Assembly: GCA_011392765.1 (NCBI GenBank)
Contig: WYCW01000004.1
Location: 573,846 to 637,845, forward strand
Length of the DNA: 64,000 nucleotides
Source: Candidatus Thiosymbion ectosymbiont of Catanema sp. Cochon2018
GTDB lineage: Bacteria > Pseudomonadota > Gammaproteobacteria > Chromatiales > Chromatiaceae
Reading direction: 5' to 3'
Shown here one piece after another: positions 26,708 to 35,923 of this stretch (positions are counted from its first letter, which is position 1; the number at the start of each line of letters is the position of its first letter). The position numbers were made by a program, and so were the translations under genes. The notes under the pieces were generated by a model that saw nothing but the letters and a program-made list of their open reading frames with translations, did no database searches and was not told where the DNA came from.

Positions 26708-26790
26708 CATGGACTCAGTGGACCACGTGGACTGGGGGTCGCTGTATGCCCCCGAGTCCATGCAGTCCATACTGTCCATGTTGTCTATTG
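26708..26790. repeat. TGGAC-word hairpin
   Basis: catggactcagtggaccacgtggac ... gtccatgcagtccatactgtccatg. Confidence 0.8.
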
Positions 26791-27088
26791 GGTTACCCTC
26801 ATGCCATCCATGCGGTCCACGGCGGCGTGCCCAATATCGACCTTGCGTTGGGCACGGCGCACCGTCCCTGGTGCACCTTTGCCCAACCTACAAGATCATG
26901 TTTTCGGAGGGGTTTATACGCGCTCGCCCTGTCCGGTCATTCATCGAGCGGGACAGCATTCCGTAGTTGTGGTAAAAGCGGTGAGGAGTACCGGGCAGCA
27001 AGACAGGGAGGGACCGGGGATGCAGCGGACGAGGCCCGGCAAGGGGTCAGGGGTCATTGATCCGGCCCCGCAAGGGGAGGGCTGAACA

Positions 27089-28168
27089 GTGTCGTTGGGA
27101 CCTGTGATGTTGGATCTGACAGGCGTCGAGCTCGACGCGGAGGAGCGGGAGATCCTACGCCATCCGGCGGTGGGTGGGGTCATTTTGTTCGCCCGCAACT
27201 TCGAGCACCCGGAGCAGGTCGCCGCGCTGACCGCCGCCATCCACGCGCTACGTGACCCTCACCTGCTGGTGGCCGTGGACCAGGAAGGCGGCAGGGTGCA
27301 GCGCTTTCGGGAAGGATTTACCCGGTTGCCGCCCGCCGGTCGTTTCGGTGAGCTGAGTCGCGAGCACCCGGTGAGCGCACGGCGCGCCGCCCACTCCGTG
27401 GGTTGGCTGATGGCCGCCGAGCTGCGCTCCGTGGGCGTGGACTTCAGCCTTGCGCCGGTGTTGGATCTGGACCGGGGGATAAGCGGGGTGATCGGAGACC
27501 GCGCCTTCGCCGATAGCGCCGAGCGGGTGGCGGACCTTGCATTGGCGTGGCGCGAAGGCGTGCACGATGCCGGCATGGCCGCGGTGGGCAAGCACTTTCC
27601 CGGACACGGCGGTGTGGCCGCGGATTCCCACACGGAATTGCCGATCGACGAACGCTCCTTCGATGACATCGAGATGGAAGACCTGATCCCCTTCGAGCGC
27701 CTGATCCGCCAGGGCCTGGAGGCGGTCATGCCGGCGCATGTGGTCTATCCCAAGGTGGATCCGAGCCCGGCGGGTTTTTCGGCATTCTGGCTGCGGCGGG
27801 TCCTGCGCGAGCGACTCGGTTTTCAGGGCGTCATCTTCAGCGACGACCTGGATATGGCCGCGGCCGCGGCCGGTGGTGATTACGCCGAGCGTTCCCGGTC
27901 GGCCCTCGAGGCGGGCTGCGATGTCCTTTTGGTGTGCAACAACCGCCCCGCCGCGCTGGAGGTGATCGAGTCCCTGCGCGATTACGACGACCCGACCGTA
28001 CACCTGCGCTGTCTGCGTATGCACGGTCGCGGCGGCATCGAGCGCGCGCGGTTGCACCTGGAGCCACGCCGGCAACAGGCCCTGCGCGCCGTTGCGGAGC
28101 TCGAGGCGTTGGACATCCCGAGCCTGGATCTTCAAACACCGGCAACCCCGGAGGAACAAGCACCATGA
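27089..28168 (+). CDS. nagZ: Beta-N-acetylhexosaminidase NagZ (peptidoglycan recycling)
   Basis: GGVILFARNF, VAVDQEGGRVQRF and KHFPGHG motifs. The start is the GTG at 27089 or the ATG at 27107. Confidence 0.9.
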   Translation: MSLGPVMLDLTGVELDAEEREILRHPAVGGVILFARNFEHPEQVAALTAAIHALRDPHLLVAVDQEGGRVQRFREGFTRLPPAGRFGELSREHPVSARRAAHSVGWLMAAELRSVGVDFSLAPVLDLDRGISGVIGDRAFADSAERVADLALAWREGVHDAGMAAVGKHFPGHGGVAADSHTELPIDERSFDDIEMEDLIPFERLIRQGLEAVMPAHVVYPKVDPSPAGFSAFWLRRVLRERLGFQGVIFSDDLDMAAAAAGGDYAERSRSALEAGCDVLLVCNNRPAALEVIESLRDYDDPTVHLRCLRMHGRGGIERARLHLEPRRQQALRAVAELEALDIPSLDLQTPATPEEQAP

Positions 28169-28722
28169 GACTGTCACGAGAGCGGTACGCCGCCGTCATG
28201 GACCGGGCGGAGTTGCTCGTATCCGGCGCGGAGATGGAGCGGATCCTGGACCGGCTGGCGGAGTCGATCACCGAGGTCTTGGCAGAACGGGACCCCCTGG
28301 TCCTTTGTGTCATGAACGGCGCGGTCATCGCCGTTGGTCGTCTGTTGCTGCGGCTGGGGTTTCCGCTCACTCTCGATTACGTCCACGCCACCCGTTACCG
28401 GGGCACTACCAGCGGCGGCAGCCTGCACTGGCAGCACCGGCCTACGGCCTCCGTGCGCGGTCGGCAGGTGCTGGTGGTGGACGACATCCTCGACGTAGGC
28501 ATCACCTTGGACGCCGTCGTCAGGGCCTGCCGGGAAGATGGGGCGACCGATGTGCGGACCGCGGTCCTTGTAGAGAAAACGCGCGACCATTTCCATGACT
28601 TCCGCGCGGATTTCGTCGGCGTGCGGCTCCCGGATCGCTACCTGTTCGGCTATGGCCTGGACTATATGGACTATTTCCGCAATGCCGACGGTATCTACGC
28701 GGTCGCCGACGAAGACGTCTGA
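28165..28722 (+). CDS. hpt: Hypoxanthine/guanine phosphoribosyltransferase
   Basis: PRPP-binding loop VLVVDDILDVGITL. The ATG overlaps the nagZ stop (ATGA). Confidence 0.85.
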   Translation: MRLSRERYAAVMDRAELLVSGAEMERILDRLAESITEVLAERDPLVLCVMNGAVIAVGRLLLRLGFPLTLDYVHATRYRGTTSGGSLHWQHRPTASVRGRQVLVVDDILDVGITLDAVVRACREDGATDVRTAVLVEKTRDHFHDFRADFVGVRLPDRYLFGYGLDYMDYFRNADGIYAVADEDV

Positions 28723-28757
28723 TGACCCAGCCCTTTTTTTAGCCGCAAATCAACCAC

Positions 28758-28880
28758 TATGGACTGAAAGTCCATAGTCTGGAGGACTAAAGTCCTCATC
28801 CGTGGACAAGCCACGGACTGAAAGTGAAGGGACTTAAAGTCCATAGTTTCAACTATAATGCGCTTCGCGCACTAAAGTTA
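28758..28880. repeat. Run of mini-palindromes built on GGACT(N)AAAGTCC
   Basis: ctatggactgaaagtccatag, gaggactaaagtcctc, ccgtggacaagccacgg, ggacttaaagtcc, tgcgcttcgcgca and cactaaagt, all read directly downstream of hpt. Confidence 0.7.
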
Positions 28881-28967
28881 TTGAAGCAATGAACGCAAGT
28901 GGATCAAGAACCGTTGACATTTATCTGAACGCGGGCGATAGCGGGGTAATCGCCGTGGACCTGAATA

Positions 28968-29104
28968 CAATGCCATTAAGTTAGCTGTTGGCCACTTAGA
29001 GAAAACTACGAATCACGCGAATTTTCGCGAATCGATTCGCGAGGATTCGCGTGATTCGTAGTTTCTTCTCTTACTTTGCCGACCGGTGACGCTTAACTTA
29101 TTGG
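28968..29104. mobile_element. MITE-like element family B (termini CAATGCCATTAAGTTA; palindromic ACGAATCACGCGAAT core), copy 1, right end degenerate
   Basis: Reverse complement of the copies at 30055-30207 and 42798-42949. Confidence 0.7.
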
Positions 29105-29254
29105 AAGGTGCGGACGGACATTGCAGAAGGCATCTACTGTTACCCGGAGCAAAGCTACATTGTCTACTTCCGTACATTCGATTCGGACCAAGGAGGTCTT
29201 GAGATCTTGCGAGTCTTGCATGAACGGATGGAACACAGCAGGCATCTTTCCTAG
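29102..29254 (+). pseudogene. 3' fragment of a ParE/RelE-family toxin gene, 5' part replaced by MITE-B copy 1
   Basis: The plus-strand frame reads ...WKVRTDIAEGIYCYPEQSYIVYFRTFDSDQGGLEILRVLHERMEHSRHLS*, a ParE-like C-terminus. No N-terminal half or start codon exists upstream of the repeat. Confidence 0.5.
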
Positions 29255-29319
29255 CATGAATCTGAGCGGCTTCTTCATCATTCACCATTCATCATTCACC
29301 ACTCGTCGGAGGTCTTGAG

Positions 29320-30066
29320 ATGAGCCGACTGGCCGTCATCGGCGGCTCCGGTTTTGCCACCATGCCGGGACTCGAGGTCCTCGACCACCAACAGCCCGAT
29401 ACCCCCTATGGTCCGCCTTCGGCGCCGGTCATACGGGGTCTGCTGGGCGGCACCGAGCTCTGGTTCCTGCCCCGGCACGGGACCGGCCACGGCATACCGC
29501 CGCACCGGGTCGACTATCGCGCCAATCTCCGGGCGCTTAAGGACTGTGGTGTCGAACGGGTCGTCGGATTGGGGGCGGTCGGCGGTATCGGCGGCGCCTA
29601 CGGTCCCCGGGTCCTCGCCGTCCCGGACCAGATCATCGACTATACCTATGGGCGGGCCCAGAGCTTTTACGACGGGGATCAGAACGAGGTTCTGCACATC
29701 GACTTCACCCGACCCTATTGTGAGGACCTGCGCCAGGCCCTGCTCCGAGCGGCGAGGGACTGTGAGCTGGATGTGGAGGACGGCGGGACCTATGGCGCGA
29801 CCCAGGGTCCGCGCCTCGAGACGGCGGCCGAAATCAGGCGCCTGGAACGAGACGGCTGCGATCTGGTCGGGATGACCGGAATGCCCGAGGCGGCCCTGGC
29901 CAGGGAGCTGGGACTCTGCTATGCCTGCTTCGCCTTTGTGGTCAACTGGGCGGCCGGTAAGGCGAGCGGGGAGATTCGCATGGAAGAAATCGAGGCCAAT
30001 GTCGCGGCCTGCGGCGCCCGCATCGAGCGTGTGCTTGCGACCCTGGTTAGGGCACAATGCTATTAA
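29320..30066 (+). CDS. mtnP: S-methyl-5'-thioadenosine (or -thioinosine) phosphorylase
   Basis: 248 aa with MSRLAVIGGSGF...LPRHGTGHGIPPHRVDYRANLRALK...GMTGMPEAALAREL. The last codons and the TAA stop lie inside MITE-B copy 2. Confidence 0.85.
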   Translation: MSRLAVIGGSGFATMPGLEVLDHQQPDTPYGPPSAPVIRGLLGGTELWFLPRHGTGHGIPPHRVDYRANLRALKDCGVERVVGLGAVGGIGGAYGPRVLAVPDQIIDYTYGRAQSFYDGDQNEVLHIDFTRPYCEDLRQALLRAARDCELDVEDGGTYGATQGPRLETAAEIRRLERDGCDLVGMTGMPEAALARELGLCYACFAFVVNWAAGKASGEIRMEEIEANVAACGARIERVLATLVRAQCY

Positions 30067-30207
30067 GTTAAGCGTTATCGGTCGGCAAACTAAGAGAAGA
30101 AACTACGAATCACGCGAATCCTCGCGAATCGATTCGCGGAAATTCGCGTGATTCGTAGTTTTCTCTTCCGCATCGGTAAGTGGCCAACAGCTAACTTAAG
30201 GGCATTG
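30055..30207. mobile_element. MITE-like element family B, copy 2
   Basis: caatgctattaagtta ... ctaacttaagggcattg termini, with the central palindrome acgaatcacgcgaatcctcgcgaatcgattcgcggaaattcgcgtgattcgt. Confidence 0.8.
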
Positions 30208-30393
30208 AGTTGGGGCAGGCAGCGAGCCGGGATGAACAGTTTCAAATGGTTGGATCGGAATTTCGATTTCGATCCCGATTTCGGCTTTTACGACACCCTC
30301 GAAGGGAGAGGGGATGCAGCTTATGGCGTGCCCAACACACGGCTGTTGACTGTGTTTCCATTTAAACCTTAACCACTACCCAGCAGCGGGAGG

Positions 30394-30927
30394 TCAGTGA
30401 AATATCCGGTCCAGCACCAGGGAGAGCTTATCGGAAGCCCGTGAAAAGCGTCCATGCGAGGCATCTATTACCTGTTCGAGGCGGCGACTGATGGCTTCAA
30501 TCTCACGGCGCAGACGGCGGTCCTCGTGCTCGATTTTTCTGCGTAGCTCCGAGATGGAGGTGCTTTGCCCGTAAGCCGCGATGCGCTGGTTCTTGGAGTC
30601 CTCGTAGGCCCGTTCCAGGTCGTGGAGCCAGGCGCTCTCGACGAGGACCAGGCAGATTTCCCGCAAGGCATCGAGCAGCTGGGCGCCTTGGTCGTCTTCG
30701 TGGATGGAGTGGGTCTCGGCGCGGCTGACGATCAGGGAGATGGCAACTGCGAGCTTTGAAACCAGGTCACCCCGTTCGTAGAGGACCCTGTCACGGCTGC
30801 TCTTCAGTAGTAGACCGGAGGTGCGATGGGACCTGCGACGGCACTGGTACAGGATGATTCCGAGGACACCCGCAGCGATGACGAGCAGGATCTCCCCGAG
30901 ACTGACGGACAGCGTAATGGTCGGCAT
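30394..30927 (-). CDS. Hypothetical membrane-anchored coiled-coil-like protein
   Basis: 177 aa ORF with an N-terminal TM helix (ILLVIAAGVLGIILY) and a charged helical remainder. No motif recognised. Confidence 0.5.
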   Translation of the reverse strand: MPTITLSVSLGEILLVIAAGVLGIILYQCRRRSHRTSGLLLKSSRDRVLYERGDLVSKLAVAISLIVSRAETHSIHEDDQGAQLLDALREICLVLVESAWLHDLERAYEDSKNQRIAAYGQSTSISELRRKIEHEDRRLRREIEAISRRLEQVIDASHGRFSRASDKLSLVLDRIFH

Positions 30928-31162
30928 TGGTTACTCCGGTGGTGCAGGGAACGACATCCTTTATCCGCAGATTGCGCGGATTTTCGCAGATTCTCTCGTT
31001 TTTCATCGGTGAGAATCTGCGGACCGAAGAACGCGACCGAGGTTCCTGATGCCGGGACAACGGTGGGCACAGCCTCCCCCCTACAAAGCCATGGTTTCGG
31101 GAAGATTTATACACGCCCGCCCTGCTCGGGACCGGTCTTCGGGGGAATCCGGCCGGATACCC

Positions 31163-31297
31163 TCAGCGGCCCAGCTTATCGATCATCGCCTTGACCGAGT
31201 ATAGGACCCGGTCCTGCAAATCCTTGGCCCAAGGTGGTTGGGGGATATTCCAGCCGATAACGATTCCGACGGCTAGGATAAAGAGGGTATAGAGCAT
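31163..31297 (-). CDS. Possible 44-aa single-TM small protein
   Basis: An AGGTGA RBS lies 6 nt before the ATG. The translation is MLYTLFILAVGIVIGWNIPQPPWAKDLQDRVLYSVKAMIDKLGR. It is below the ORF-track length cut-off and is speculative. Confidence 0.3.
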   Translation of the reverse strand: MLYTLFILAVGIVIGWNIPQPPWAKDLQDRVLYSVKAMIDKLGR

Positions 31298-31362
31298 AGG
31301 GTCACCTGCAAGGCGTTGGGATAGAGTTACGATTCATTGGGGCGAAGACCAGGTATTTCTAT

Positions 31363-31431
31363 AGAACCACGGATAGACACGGATAAACACGGATTGTGAT
31401 CTGTGTTTATCCGTGTCTATCCGTGGTTCTT
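31363..31431. repeat. CACGGAT-word hairpin (second copy)
   Basis: gaaccacggatagacacggataaacacggat tgtgat ctgtgtttatccgtgtctatccgtggttc. Confidence 0.9.
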
Positions 31432-31485
31432 CGGCGCGGTTCGTTCCGGTACAAGTCCAATTAACAAATGGCTTTAGGATTTCTA

Positions 31486-33510
31486 TTACGCTGCACTAGT
31501 CTTCCGATCGAACCAGGTCAGCCAGATACCGCTGAGTAACCAGGAATAGGCCCAGGTACCGACGATAATCAACCCGAAGGTGATGACGATGTCCATGGCG
31601 CTGCCGTTCAGGGAGAAGGCCGGTACATACCCGAACAGGAAAGGGCCGAGATAGAGGAACTTGGCGAATTTGAACGCGGTGAAGGCGGTCTTCCACAGAT
31701 TGGCCTTGGCGATGGTGGCACCGGCGAAGGCCGCGATGCAGACCGGCGGCGTAATGTTCGAGTCCTGGGACAACCAATAGACGATCATGTGGGCCGCGAT
31801 GGGATTGACGCCCAGCTCGGTCAGCGCCGGTACCGCGACCACGGCCGTGATCAGGTAGGCCGCGGTTACGGGTACGCCCATCCCTAAGATCAGGGAGGCC
31901 AGGGCCACCAGCAGGATGGTCAGCCACAGCCTGCCGTCGGCCAGCTCGATGACGATGTCCGCAAAGGTGAGCACCAGGCCACTGTAGGTCAGCACGCCGA
32001 TAATGATGCCGATTACGCCTACTGTGGCGCCGATCTTGAGGCTGGATAGGGTGCCTTGGCGCGCGGCGAGCACGAATCCGTGCATTTCCGATTTGATGTC
32101 CGCCCCTCGGGCGTGCCGCCGATAGAGCAGAACGGCAGCGAGGATCAGGCCGTAGATGAGCGGTAGGTTCTCCGCGAGCACCGCTTGCAGCCCGGTTGCC
32201 GCCCCCACGCCCCAAAGAGGGGACACAGCAGCGGAAATCCATTGCGCGGGCGCGTCGAGTGCGGCGGTAAAAACCGCGGCGGCCGCGGGTCCCAGCACCT
32301 GGCCCGATCCGGCCGCCAACCAGCCGATGGCGAGTACGCAGAACATGAGATAGGACAGGGAGGGGTCGATCTTGGTCTCCACCCGCTTATGGCTGACCAG
32401 GATGCAGGTGGCGAGCCCCAGGACGGCGGAATAGCCGGGCGAATAGCCGCTGAGCATGAAGAGGGTGATGACCACCAGCGGCGTGATATAGATCCACTCC
32501 TTCCTGAGGATTTCCGTGGCGTCTTGCGCGGATTTCTCGCCGCGGATGCCGAACCGCCTGGCCTCGTAATGGACCATCACGAAGACGCTGAAGAAGTACA
32601 TGAACGCCGGAAAGACGGCCACCAGCATGATCTGAGCATAGGGGATGCCGGTCAGCTCCGCCATGATGAAGCCGCCCGCCCCCATGATGGGAGGCATGAA
32701 CATGCCGCCGAGGGAGGCGGCCGGCTCGATTCCGCCCGCCACATGGGGACGGAAGCCTGCCTTCTTCATCATGGGGATGGTGAAGGCGCCGGTGGATACG
32801 GTGTTGGCGATGGCGCTGCCCGAGATGGAGCCGAACAGCCCGCTGGCGATGACGGATACCTTGGCCGGTCCTCCGATCTTGTGGCCGACCGCCGCCAGTG
32901 GGAAGTCGATGAAGAAGCGTTGGGCGCCGCTCGCTTCCAGAAACGCCCCGAAGATCACGAACAGGATGATGTAGGTAGCCAGTACATTGGCCATGATCCC
33001 GAACACGCCGTCGCTTTTATAAAAGATACTGGTGCACAGGTCGGGGAAGGTATCGCCGGCATGAGAGATCAACTCCGGAGCGTAGGCCCCGTAGACGCCG
33101 TAGAGGAGCATGACGGCACCGATGATGACGAAGACGTTGCCGACGACCCGGCGTGCGAGCTCGATGCCGAGCAGCACCCCCACTACGGCGATGGCCTTGT
33201 CGAGCGCCGTCTCTGCGCCGGCCCGGTAGTTGATGACCTCGAAGTTCGCGATCCAGTAGCCGATGCAAACGATGGAGGCGAGGATCAACAGGTAATCGAG
33301 GACCCGGCCCAGGTGTCCCGGCGTCCGGTAGATCAGGAAGACCAGGCTATAGGTAATCAGGATATAGATGCCGCGGTGGAACTGGGTCGGCGCCGGCTCG
33401 AGGACCGCAGAATAGGCATAGAAGAGGACCAGACTGAGCGCCAGTAGGTCGAACAGGCGCTGTTCCATACTGGTGAGCTTTTCGAACAAGGAGCGCCTCC
33501 TGGCTTGCAT
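31486..33510 (-). CDS. TRAP transporter fused permease (DctQM fusion, TAXI-type)
   Basis: 674 aa polytopic protein. Length and composition are typical of TAXI-TRAP fused permeases. Confidence 0.8.
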   Translation of the reverse strand: MQARRRSLFEKLTSMEQRLFDLLALSLVLFYAYSAVLEPAPTQFHRGIYILITYSLVFLIYRTPGHLGRVLDYLLILASIVCIGYWIANFEVINYRAGAETALDKAIAVVGVLLGIELARRVVGNVFVIIGAVMLLYGVYGAYAPELISHAGDTFPDLCTSIFYKSDGVFGIMANVLATYIILFVIFGAFLEASGAQRFFIDFPLAAVGHKIGGPAKVSVIASGLFGSISGSAIANTVSTGAFTIPMMKKAGFRPHVAGGIEPAASLGGMFMPPIMGAGGFIMAELTGIPYAQIMLVAVFPAFMYFFSVFVMVHYEARRFGIRGEKSAQDATEILRKEWIYITPLVVITLFMLSGYSPGYSAVLGLATCILVSHKRVETKIDPSLSYLMFCVLAIGWLAAGSGQVLGPAAAAVFTAALDAPAQWISAAVSPLWGVGAATGLQAVLAENLPLIYGLILAAVLLYRRHARGADIKSEMHGFVLAARQGTLSSLKIGATVGVIGIIIGVLTYSGLVLTFADIVIELADGRLWLTILLVALASLILGMGVPVTAAYLITAVVAVPALTELGVNPIAAHMIVYWLSQDSNITPPVCIAAFAGATIAKANLWKTAFTAFKFAKFLYLGPFLFGYVPAFSLNGSAMDIVITFGLIIVGTWAYSWLLSGIWLTWFDRKTSAA

Positions 33511-33712
33511 GTCTCACCGGGGCGGTCTGCCTGACACCGGATCAGGCCGGCGGTGCATTGGTTTTCGATTCAGTCCGATTGTCTCCCTTTATCGATTGGT
33601 AGTCGATTCTTGCCGCACCGTACGGGAGCCGGCGCACGCATATTCGCTCTCCATGGACGCTACGGCTCGACTCGACTCGAGTTTCGGCGCGATGCTAATA
33701 GGAAACCTTTTT

Positions 33713-33785
33713 AATCCGCAGATTACGCAGATTTCCACAGATTATTTCGTTCTTAATCTGCGGAAATCTGCGCAATCTGTGGATA
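33713..33785. repeat. CGCAGATT-word hairpin
   Basis: aatccgcagattacgcagatttccacagatt ... aatctgcggaaatctgcgcaatctgtggat. Confidence 0.85.
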
Positions 33786-33832
33786 AAGAAAGTCCGGTCC
33801 TCCAAACTGCGCCAAATCATTCAGGATTGCTT

Positions 33833-34044
33833 TTATACTGCCACACGGCACAATCCGAGCTTTTAAATTTCCCCCTCACCCCTGCCCTCTCCCAGAGGGA
33901 GGCTGTCGAAAAAGTCCTTTTTAGAAAAGTCTTCACTAATGATATCAATGGGTTACATGTTATAAAAACTGGAAAAATGGACTTTTGCGACACCCTCAGA
34001 GGGAGAGGGAGTGAAATGTGCAGATTGTGCCGTGTGGCAGTATA
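33833..34044. repeat. Palindromic element family C (ATACTGCCACACGGCACAAT...CCCTCACCCCTGCCCTCTCCC / GGGAGAGGGAGTGAA...GTGTGGCAGTAT) with a ~85 bp AT-rich insertion in the loop
   Basis: A compact copy without the insertion lies at 54246-54353. Confidence 0.75.
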
Positions 34045-34150
34045 ACCAGACAGCTTCTAAGAGCATCCGGACGGGCTGAATTGCAGCTGCGGGCAACCCC
34101 GTAGGGGACCTCCAACCGCCGGCTTCCTCTATACGACCTTGGAGATTGCG

Positions 34151-35494
34151 ATGGACATAACCATTTTCGGCAGCGGCTACGTTGGCCTGGTGACCGGGGC
34201 CTGCCTCGCCGAAGTCGGGAACAACGTGCTTTGTATCGACATCGATCCTGACAAGATCGCTGTGCTCGACGGCGGCGGCATCCCCATCTACGAGCCGGGT
34301 CTCGAGGAGCTGGTGAAGAAGAACCATGATGCGGGCCGGTTGGCGTTCTCGACCGATGCAGCAACCGGCGTCGCGTACGGGCTGTTTCAGTTCATCGCCG
34401 TCGGCACCCCGCCGGACGAAGACGGCTCCGCCGACCTGAGGCATGTGCTCGCCGTCGCGCGGACCATAGGGGAGCACATGGACGCCTATCGGATCCTGGT
34501 CGACAAGTCCACAGTGCCGGTCGGTACCGCGGATAAGGTAGCGGAGACAGTACGAGAAGCGCAGGCCGCGCGCGGGGTGGATATCGAGTTCGACGTGGTC
34601 TCCAATCCCGAATTCCTCAAGGAAGGGGCGGCGATCGAAGATTTCATGCGGCCGGACCGCATTATCATCGGGACTGACAACCCGCGCACCGGCGAGCTGC
34701 TGCACGCCCTCTATGGCCCGTTCAACCGCAACCATGACCGGGTTATGCTGATGGACGTGCGCTCGGCGGAACTCACCAAGTACGCCGCCAATGCCATGCT
34801 GGCGACCAAGATCAGCTTCATGAACGAGCTGTCCAACATCGCCGAGGCCATGGGCGCGGACATCGAAAAGGTACGGGTAGGCATCGGCTCCGACCCCCGC
34901 ATCGGCTATCAGTTCATCTATCCCGGTTGCGGGTACGGCGGCTCCTGCTTTCCGAAAGACGTTCGCGCCCTGGAGCGGACGGCCCGCGCCGGCGGGTACG
35001 AGGCCCGGCTCCTGAACGCGGTGGAGGCAGTCAACCAGCGCCAGCAAGAGGTCCTGTTCGAGAAGATCGACAATCACTTCGCCGGCAACCTGACCGGCCG
35101 CACGATCGCGGTCTGGGGCTTGGCCTTCAAGCCCAACACGGACGACATGCGCGAGGCCCCCAGCCGCAGGCTCATGGAATCCCTCTGGGACGCGGGCGCC
35201 CGCGTCCGGGCCTTCGATCCGATTGCCATGGAGGAGACCCTGCGGATCTACGGCGAGCGAGACGACCTGATTCTTACCAAAGATGCCATGTCCGCCGTGG
35301 AAGACGCGGATGCCCTGGCAATCGTTACCGAATGGAAAGAGTTCCGCAGTCCGGACTTCGCGGCAATCGCGCGCAAGCTCAACTACCCCCTCCTTTTCGA
35401 TGGCCGCAATATGTTCGATCCCAAGGTCGTCACCGCGGCGGGACTGACCTATTTCTCCATTGGACGACCAGCGGCCGGTACCGACCACGCTTAG
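34151..35494 (+). CDS. ugd: UDP-glucose 6-dehydrogenase
   Basis: [24 protein letters not shown] (Rossmann), the catalytic-Cys region [10 protein letters not shown] and the C-terminal [16 protein letters not shown]. Confidence 0.9.
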   Translation: MDITIFGSGYVGLVTGACLAEVGNNVLCIDIDPDKIAVLDGGGIPIYEPGLEELVKKNHDAGRLAFSTDAATGVAYGLFQFIAVGTPPDEDGSADLRHVLAVARTIGEHMDAYRILVDKSTVPVGTADKVAETVREAQAARGVDIEFDVVSNPEFLKEGAAIEDFMRPDRIIIGTDNPRTGELLHALYGPFNRNHDRVMLMDVRSAELTKYAANAMLATKISFMNELSNIAEAMGADIEKVRVGIGSDPRIGYQFIYPGCGYGGSCFPKDVRALERTARAGGYEARLLNAVEAVNQRQQEVLFEKIDNHFAGNLTGRTIAVWGLAFKPNTDDMREAPSRRLMESLWDAGARVRAFDPIAMEETLRIYGERDDLILTKDAMSAVEDADALAIVTEWKEFRSPDFAAIARKLNYPLLFDGRNMFDPKVVTAAGLTYFSIGRPAAGTDHA

Positions 35495-35560
35495 GGACCG
35501 GTCCGGCTGCGAGTAGGAAACCGCCACCCTGCGGTGGGAGTCTTCCGATTATGACTACAT

Positions 35561-35833
35561 ATGCTGGAGATCCTGTCGAAGAACCGGGATCTGAAGGCGC
35601 AGGTCGAGGAGGCCGAGCACATGTTGACCGAAATCGATATCGAATCTTTGCCGTCTTTCAACATTGGCTTTGAGCATGGCGAGAGAAAAGGTGAGGAAAA
35701 AGGTCGGAAAGAAGGTCGGGAAGAAGGTAAAGCGCAGGTTGTGCGTCGTTTGTTGAGCCGACATGGTATCGGGGAAGTTTCCGAGTTGCTCGGTCTTTCG
35801 GTGGAAGACGTGGAGCGCATCGCCGCAAAGTAA
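35561..35833 (+). CDS. Small protein resembling the C-terminal tail of Rpn/YhgA-like (DUF4351-type) proteins; no nuclease domain present
   Basis: GERKGEEKGRKEGREEGKAQVVRRLLSRHGIGEVSELLGLSVEDVERI matches the pattern I recall for that tail. At only 90 aa it may be a remnant. Confidence 0.4.
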   Translation: MLEILSKNRDLKAQVEEAEHMLTEIDIESLPSFNIGFEHGERKGEEKGRKEGREEGKAQVVRRLLSRHGIGEVSELLGLSVEDVERIAAK

Positions 35834-35923
35834 CCGTTCAGCCCCCCTCTCGATTCCTGACCTCGAAAACCGGAAATCCGGTTACTCGCAGCGGAAATCC
35901 ACCTGTGACAGGTACAACACGCC

